From a virus, in the IMG/VR virus record IMGVR_UViG_3300027719_000019, positions 1-37,689 of that record: a stretch of 37,689 nt of DNA, one strand, 5' to 3'. Under the pieces are notes generated by a model that did not search any database, was not told the DNA's origin, and saw only the letters and a list, made by a program, of their open reading frames with translations. Shown in pieces: positions 32,957-37,689 of the stretch (position 1 is the stretch's first letter; each line of letters starts with the position of its first letter). A program made the position numbers and the translations under genes.

Positions 32957-35229
32957 TGAACAACAAAAATCAGGTAAAAAACGCCATCAAAAAGCGGCTG
33001 AGCCGTTACAACGAGCGAGAGCAATTATTACCGGCGACTCTCGGATATGCCGGTGAAACAACCGTCCCAGGGATGGACTCCTGGTGTTACGCGAGACTGT
33101 CCAGCGGGGAGGTGATCCCAGTCTACAACCAGGTCACCGCGGCGCGGTATGATCTGGCGGTTTGGGTACGGCAGGGGGCGCATGGTTGGGAAGTAACCGG
33201 GGCGCGCCGGTTGGGGGAGACGACCGCGATTGACCTGCGCAGACATGGGTCCAGTCACGGCTGGCTGGCGGGGGACAGCGTCTGGATCCACAAGCGGCAG
33301 ATTCTGCCTCTGCGACTGGAGGCGGTCGGGACGCTGATGGTGCGGATCCGTCCGGATGTGGTATATGTAGGCGGAGCCTGGCGCGAGGTGGGCGGGGATA
33401 CGGTCAGCCTGGCGCAATATCTGCCCGGGGTTGCAGATACCGAGCGGTTTGTGCTGATCACCATCGGCACCGCTGGCACGGGAACTGTTACCGCGGGCAG
33501 TACTCAGGCATTCGGAGACCTGACTGCTGCGGATATTCCTGCGGTGCCGGCAGGGCATATTCCGGTCGGGGTGGTGAGACTGTATTTTGATCAGGATAGC
33601 ATCGTGGAAACCATCGATGCGACCGACCTGATTGACCTGCGCTGGAGCGGCAGCCTGAGTAGTGCGGGGGAGCAACTGCCACTGACGGCGGTGGACGCCA
33701 ACACGGTGTACGCCGGGCCGGTCAGCGGGGCGGATGCAATACCTGGATTCCGGGCGCTGGTGGATGCAGACATTCCGGCAGGCATCGCCAGGGAGAATCT
33801 CCCGTTTGTTACCATCGGTAACCAGGCGGGATTATCAGCAGAGCGGGCACTGTCAGCCGGAGCGCTGATGACTCTGACGGACGGCGGAGCCAACGGCGCG
33901 GCTACTCTGGCCGTGGATGACACCAAACTGGTGCATACAAGCGGAAAATTGAACATCGCAGTCACGGCGGCAAAAATCCTCAGCCTGGCCAGCAGCGGAG
34001 ATTTTACGTTCACCGTTCCCGCAACCGGTACAGCTGCCTTATTGGGAGTAACCAACGCATTCACGGGGTTGAACACGTTTACATCAACCCTGTCCGACTC
34101 ATCATCGAATCAGATTACATCCACCTTTACCCAGACAACCAGCGCGAACGGCACTCGAACGCCCAAGAATTTACTGCTAGTTGGTAAGCCGATTGTCAAC
34201 ACCGGCGTTACAGACAGCGGTTCGTTCATCGGTCAAAACGGTCTGGTTTTGAGAAACTATGTGGCAGCCGGAACAGATGACGGCGGGACGCTGGATGTTT
34301 TAACTGCGCTCTATTATCAGATCGGACATAACAACACCAACAGTGGTATATCTCCTGTCACAAACACTGTGCGCGGCATCTGGCTGCATCCGTATGGCAG
34401 AACTGGAACGATTGGCTTGTTGCAGTGCGTGTACGTAGGCGATCTGGCGACAGGCGGTACGGTTACAGCCGGTTGGGGTTTGTACATCCTCGCATCCGGG
34501 TATCCGAACTTCTTAAAGGGAAAACTGCTGCTGGGAGATACCGTCGATGATGGTCAAATGCTCCAGGTAACGCAGGTTGATTCAGCTACCAACACGGTTG
34601 GCGAGGTAGCCAGAATTTCCAGGCAGACTTCCGGGACCGCGGCGGCGGGGTTCGGTGCGCGGCTCCTCTGGCAGTTGGAATCATCTACCACCACCAACCA
34701 GGATGCGGCGGCGATTGATGCGGTACTTACAACGGCAACCCACGCAACCCGCACGACGGATATTGTTTTCAGCGCGGTCAATGCCGGTACGTTTGGAGAG
34801 GTCTGGCGGATGAAAGCCAGCGGCGATCTGCTTGGTATCAAGGGCGGTGTCACGGCGGAGGGCGGGTATGGTTTTTGGAGCGTAGCCGATGAAACAATCT
34901 CGCGCGGACATGTGTTGTATGTTGAACAGGGCGGCACGGTCGGGCGGGTGAAGAAAAACCCAACGGATGGCGGTTTCCCGGTTGGCGTGGCTTATGCAGA
35001 TGCAACGGCGGGCAATCCTGTTTTCGTGGTAACAAAGGGGCGCGCTCTAGTTCTTCCGGACGCAGCTGTCACTGCCACCCTCGGCTATGCGGCTTTCTCA
35101 TCCAGCACGGCGGCGGGTCTGGTGCAGCAGTCCAGCACTGTTCCGGCGGTTCTCAACACATGGGTTTGTGTCTGGGAAACAAACGGCAGTGGAAATGGCG
35201 TGATCACTGCCGCAATTTTGAAAATATAA
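32953..35229 (+). CDS. Tail fiber / receptor-binding protein (758 aa)
   Basis: ATGA overlap. The composition is Gly/Thr/Ala-rich and beta-rich. Confidence 0.65.
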   Translation: MMNNKNQVKNAIKKRLSRYNEREQLLPATLGYAGETTVPGMDSWCYARLSSGEVIPVYNQVTAARYDLAVWVRQGAHGWEVTGARRLGETTAIDLRRHGSSHGWLAGDSVWIHKRQILPLRLEAVGTLMVRIRPDVVYVGGAWREVGGDTVSLAQYLPGVADTERFVLITIGTAGTGTVTAGSTQAFGDLTAADIPAVPAGHIPVGVVRLYFDQDSIVETIDATDLIDLRWSGSLSSAGEQLPLTAVDANTVYAGPVSGADAIPGFRALVDADIPAGIARENLPFVTIGNQAGLSAERALSAGALMTLTDGGANGAATLAVDDTKLVHTSGKLNIAVTAAKILSLASSGDFTFTVPATGTAALLGVTNAFTGLNTFTSTLSDSSSNQITSTFTQTTSANGTRTPKNLLLVGKPIVNTGVTDSGSFIGQNGLVLRNYVAAGTDDGGTLDVLTALYYQIGHNNTNSGISPVTNTVRGIWLHPYGRTGTIGLLQCVYVGDLATGGTVTAGWGLYILASGYPNFLKGKLLLGDTVDDGQMLQVTQVDSATNTVGEVARISRQTSGTAAAGFGARLLWQLESSTTTNQDAAAIDAVLTTATHATRTTDIVFSAVNAGTFGEVWRMKASGDLLGIKGGVTAEGGYGFWSVADETISRGHVLYVEQGGTVGRVKKNPTDGGFPVGVAYADATAGNPVFVVTKGRALVLPDAAVTATLGYAAFSSSTAAGLVQQSSTVPAVLNTWVCVWETNGSGNGVITAAILKI

Positions 35230-35241
35230 ATAGAGGTAACA

Positions 35242-35511
35242 ATGGCAACTCAACAGCAAAAATCGGATCATGTAACCCGGGTACGGCAGGAAACAACCAA
35301 CCTGGCCAATGCGATCGGGAGACTACGAATCCTTAAGATGAAATATGATGCTCAGGGTTTAGAAATCGACCTACAGGATATCGATATCATCGGTGAAAAT
35401 TTTGGAATCAGCGCACAGGATATCAAGGATGCCTATGTTGCAATTGCATTGATTGAAAAAGCGCTTTCCTCCGGAGGCGAGGAGGCCCTGTTGAAGGTTG
35501 TGATGTCATGA
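35242..35511 (+). CDS. Hypothetical soluble protein (89 aa) between the fiber and the endolysin
   Basis: AGAGG SD. It has no TM segment, so it is not a holin. Confidence 0.5.
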   Translation: MATQQQKSDHVTRVRQETTNLANAIGRLRILKMKYDAQGLEIDLQDIDIIGENFGISAQDIKDAYVAIALIEKALSSGGEEALLKVVMS

Positions 35512-36401
35512 GAGCAAAACTGATTGATATCTCAACTCACCAGGACGATTCAGATACACCGGCCAAATTTGATTTTAGCAAACCGCGTTCATACGATGTG
35601 AATGGAATCATCATCCGCACCGGTCACGGGATGGTCAAGGACGCGGACTATGAATATTATTACCGGGATGCAAAGGCAGCCGGTTATTACCTGGGCACGT
35701 ATCACTTCGATGACTATGATGTGAATCTGGAAAAACAGGTGTTCACGATGCTGGCGGCGATGGAAGGCAAAGCGTTTGACCTACCTCCGGCGTGGGACAT
35801 CGAGGATAGCAGCCAGCCGTTCCACGCTACCCAGACGTTCGCCTTATCCCGTGCCAAGGGCTTTTTCGCCATCGTTGAGCCGGTTGTCCGCAAAATCTGT
35901 GTCTACTATATGGGCGCTTCGATGATCCGCTGGTTGAAGCCGGTGCCCGGTTTTCTCCGGATGCGGCGCGGGTGGCCTGCATGGTATCCGAAGCGACCGG
36001 CTGGCAATCCGTTTGGCTGGATGGAAACCCATAAGGGACCGGATACGGGCGGGGTGCCGTGGTGGTTGTGGCAGGGCTCAGCTAAGGGGAACGGATTCGG
36101 GGCAGCGATGGGCGCGGACGGGAGCGCGGATATCGACTGTGACGTGAGTTCATTGCCCTATACTGAGTTTTACGAGGACGCTGCTCAGACGATTGTGTAT
36201 CCGGATTACCGACCGGCGAGAATCAAAACCAGTGGATCGTTCGTCCGGGTGCGGAAAACGCCACAGTTTGGTGATAACATCTGTTACTCATTGTTAAACA
36301 ATACCCGGGTCAATGTGTTCGGGGAGAGTAACGGATTCTATAAAGTTGATTTCCTGGCATCCGAGTGGGTGCACGGGTCGGTACTCAGTATAGGATTATG
36401 A
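35508..36401 (+). CDS. Endolysin: GH25 muramidase plus a C-terminal SH3b-like wall-binding domain
   Basis: The N-terminus KLIDISTHQDD...NGIIIRTGHG...DYEYYYRDAKAAGYYLGTYHF fits GH25. The C-terminus ARIKTSGSFVRVRKTPQFG...NGFYKV is SH3-like. Confidence 0.75.
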   Translation: MRAKLIDISTHQDDSDTPAKFDFSKPRSYDVNGIIIRTGHGMVKDADYEYYYRDAKAAGYYLGTYHFDDYDVNLEKQVFTMLAAMEGKAFDLPPAWDIEDSSQPFHATQTFALSRAKGFFAIVEPVVRKICVYYMGASMIRWLKPVPGFLRMRRGWPAWYPKRPAGNPFGWMETHKGPDTGGVPWWLWQGSAKGNGFGAAMGADGSADIDCDVSSLPYTEFYEDAAQTIVYPDYRPARIKTSGSFVRVRKTPQFGDNICYSLLNNTRVNVFGESNGFYKVDFLASEWVHGSVLSIGL

Positions 36402-36409
36402 TCATAATT

Positions 36410-37276
36410 TTATAGATGCCAGTTGTCCGCTGGTGATGAGCGCCGGTGCGCAGATTCAAGGTCTGATTGAGAAATCGCCAGGTATCTGCGCACCATCGTT
36501 AAATCGTTATGTCCCAGCAGCATTTGCAGTTCAAAAATGTTGCCGCCGTTGCGTAAAAACTCTATGGCAAACGTGTGGCGGAATCGGTGCGGGTGGATGT
36601 TTGTTATGCCAGCCCGTTTCCCGATGCGGCGCAGAATGTTGCGGAGTTGATACCGATCTAAGATTGTATTGTCGCGAGTGGAGATCAATGGATCTGTTGG
36701 GGTTACATCCCGGGTATGGATGTATTTCCAGAGTGCCAGGCGGGCGGATTTTCCTAAACGGGCAACCCGGCCACGGGATTTTTTTCCGGAGTGAAACGGT
36801 TTTACCAGGATAGATCCTGTTTCAATATCTAAATCATTGATCGTCAGACGGGATACTTCTGACACCCGCAGCCCTGAATCCAGCAGCAACAAGACAAGAG
36901 CCTTATCGCGTGCAGATTTGCACGATTTGACAATTTTACTGATTTCAGCCTGGGCGAACGGCAAAATTGCCTGATTTGGGGTTGCAGGCATTGGAATGTT
37001 ATCCACCCGTTCTATACTGAGTTCCTTACTGGCCCAGTTGAAAAATGATCGGATAACCTTCCAGTAGACCTGAACAGTGGATTCAGTTCGACCGTTATCC
37101 CTGAGCGATTGGAGGTAGCCGATCAGCTGTTCGCGGGTGATTTGTTCGAGGGGTGGATTGTCCAGCTGCACGGCAATATTTTGCAGACGCTGGGCATAAT
37201 ATTTTGCTGTTATGGGAGAATAGGCTCCGTTTGCCATTTCCATGGAAAAACCATCAATAGCATCTAAGAATTTCAT
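36410..37276 (-). CDS. int: Tyrosine recombinase / integrase (XerC/D-like, 288 aa)
   Basis: AAGGAG SD. There is a SAM-like N-domain. Catalytic motifs are LDSGLRVSE (R), HPHRFRHTFA (HxxR) and LLGHNDLTMVRRY (H..Y). Confidence 0.9.
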   Translation of the reverse strand: MKFLDAIDGFSMEMANGAYSPITAKYYAQRLQNIAVQLDNPPLEQITREQLIGYLQSLRDNGRTESTVQVYWKVIRSFFNWASKELSIERVDNIPMPATPNQAILPFAQAEISKIVKSCKSARDKALVLLLLDSGLRVSEVSRLTINDLDIETGSILVKPFHSGKKSRGRVARLGKSARLALWKYIHTRDVTPTDPLISTRDNTILDRYQLRNILRRIGKRAGITNIHPHRFRHTFAIEFLRNGGNIFELQMLLGHNDLTMVRRYLAISQSDLESAHRRSSPADNWHL

Positions 37277-37328
37277 AGGAATGTGCTCCTTTTTTGGAAT
37301 AAAAGAGCCAAAACAATCACATTCCTAT
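37275..37328 (-). promoter_or_regulatory. 11-bp perfect inverted repeat bracketing the int SD and start codon
   Basis: ATAGGAATGTG (37275-85, which includes the start codon complement) and CACATTCCTAT (37318-28). Confidence 0.5.
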
Positions 37329-37522
37329 TAAAAACTAAGAGTATTGTATTCTTTGTGGGCGGAACAGGACTCGAACCTGCGACCCCATCCTTGTAAGGGA
37401 TGTGCTCTAACCAGCTGAGCTACCCGCAGATAACGATCACATTACTCATAAAATATTGTAGGTATGTGCTTGTTTTGGTGGTTATCTTAAATAATCAAAT
37501 TTACGTGTATTGTGATTGTTTT
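37310..37522. other. attP region: AAAACAATCACA(T/A)T repeats flanking the tRNA-like core
   Basis: AAAACAATCACATT lies at 37310-37323 and its inverted copy (13/14 matches) at 37509-37522. A third ATCACATT lies at 37436-37443. Confidence 0.5.
37356..37429 (-). tRNA. tRNA-Val(UAC)-like sequence with an unpaired acceptor end, probably the attP core copied from a host tRNA-Val gene
   Basis: My cloverleaf on the minus strand has D arm GCTC/GAGC, anticodon arm CATCC-CTTACAA-GGATG, variable loop GGGTC and T arm GCAGG-TTCGAGT-CCTGT. The acceptor 3' strand TCCGCCC-A faces a 5' strand CTGCGGG, so pairs 1:72 and 2:71 are C:C and T:C mismatches. No CCA is encoded. Confidence 0.6.
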
Positions 37523-37689
37523 CACTCCTTCTTTACCAAATCCCGACCGCAGTGTTTGCAAACAATAGCCTCAGCCTTGATGTACTCTGCGCAGTAGGGA
37601 CATTTTTTGAGTTGCCCCTGGGCTACTTTTTGCTGCACTTCGGCAACTACCTGCTGCTCCAGGTGGGCTTTATCCTCTTTTTTGATCAA
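37522..37689 (-). CDS. C-terminal part of the wrap-around membrane / zinc-ribbon gene (same gene as 1..295)
   Basis: The frame runs continuously through the 127-bp overlap. The stop TGA is the complement of 37522-37524. Confidence 0.7.
   Translation of the reverse strand: MIKKEDKAHLEQQVVAEVQQKVAQGQLKKCPYCAEYIKAEAIVCKHCGRDLVKKE
37563..37689. repeat. Second copy of the 127-bp terminal overlap
   Basis: Identical to 1..127 when read by eye. Confidence 0.9.

Larger units (their letters stand above)
1..37689. mobile_element. Complete temperate tailed-phage genome, Siphoviridae-like morphogenesis module, assembled as a circle
   Basis: Full set of integrase/attP, immunity, replication, terminase, portal, capsid, tail, tape measure and lysis genes. 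The 127-bp terminal overlap closes the circle. Confidence 0.9.

Noticed and set aside
29636-35229. Diversity-generating retroelement targeting the tail fiber genes
   Set aside because: No reverse transcriptase gene is present, and I saw no template/variable repeat pair in the window.

Overview
The window is a complete, circularly closed genome of a temperate siphovirus-type dsDNA phage. The first and last 127 bp are identical, leaving about 37,562 bp of unique sequence.

Gene order on the + strand:
- Immunity switch: leaderless XRE repressor (minus strand) facing an RHH Cro-analogue.
- Early and recombination genes: SSB-like protein, ERCC4 nuclease, RecT, Cas4-like exonuclease, J-domain protein.
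- A block of small zinc-ribbon and DUF551-like genes, then a vWA protein.
- Replication genes: VirE/SF3-type NTPase and prim-pol primase.
- Packaging and head genes: terS, terL, portal, MuF.
- A 3-gene minus-strand cassette interrupting the late genes.
- Holin-like protein, scaffold, HK97-like capsid, beta-helix protein, connectors.
- Tail genes: tail tube, G/G-T chaperone with a -1 frameshift, tape measure, large tail and fiber proteins.
- GH25+SH3 endolysin.

On the minus strand there is a tyrosine integrase next to a tRNA-Val-like attP. Past it, a three-gene moron operon crosses the circular junction: an anchored thermonuclease and two small membrane proteins.

Features not explained by ordinary gene annotation:
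1. A dispersed quasi-palindrome, CC-ATACTGAGTA(T), is present at least 17 times, both inside and between genes.
2. A promoter + conserved leader + intrinsic terminator cassette occurs twice, ahead of both halves of the late region.
3. A roughly 105-bp quasi-palindromic element occurs in two inverted copies, upstream of the nuclease and the primase.
4. There are 2.5 tandem iteron-like units beside the repressor.
5. Two coding regions can only be read through a homopolymer frameshift.

All protein-family calls come from my own motif recognition. No database search was run.
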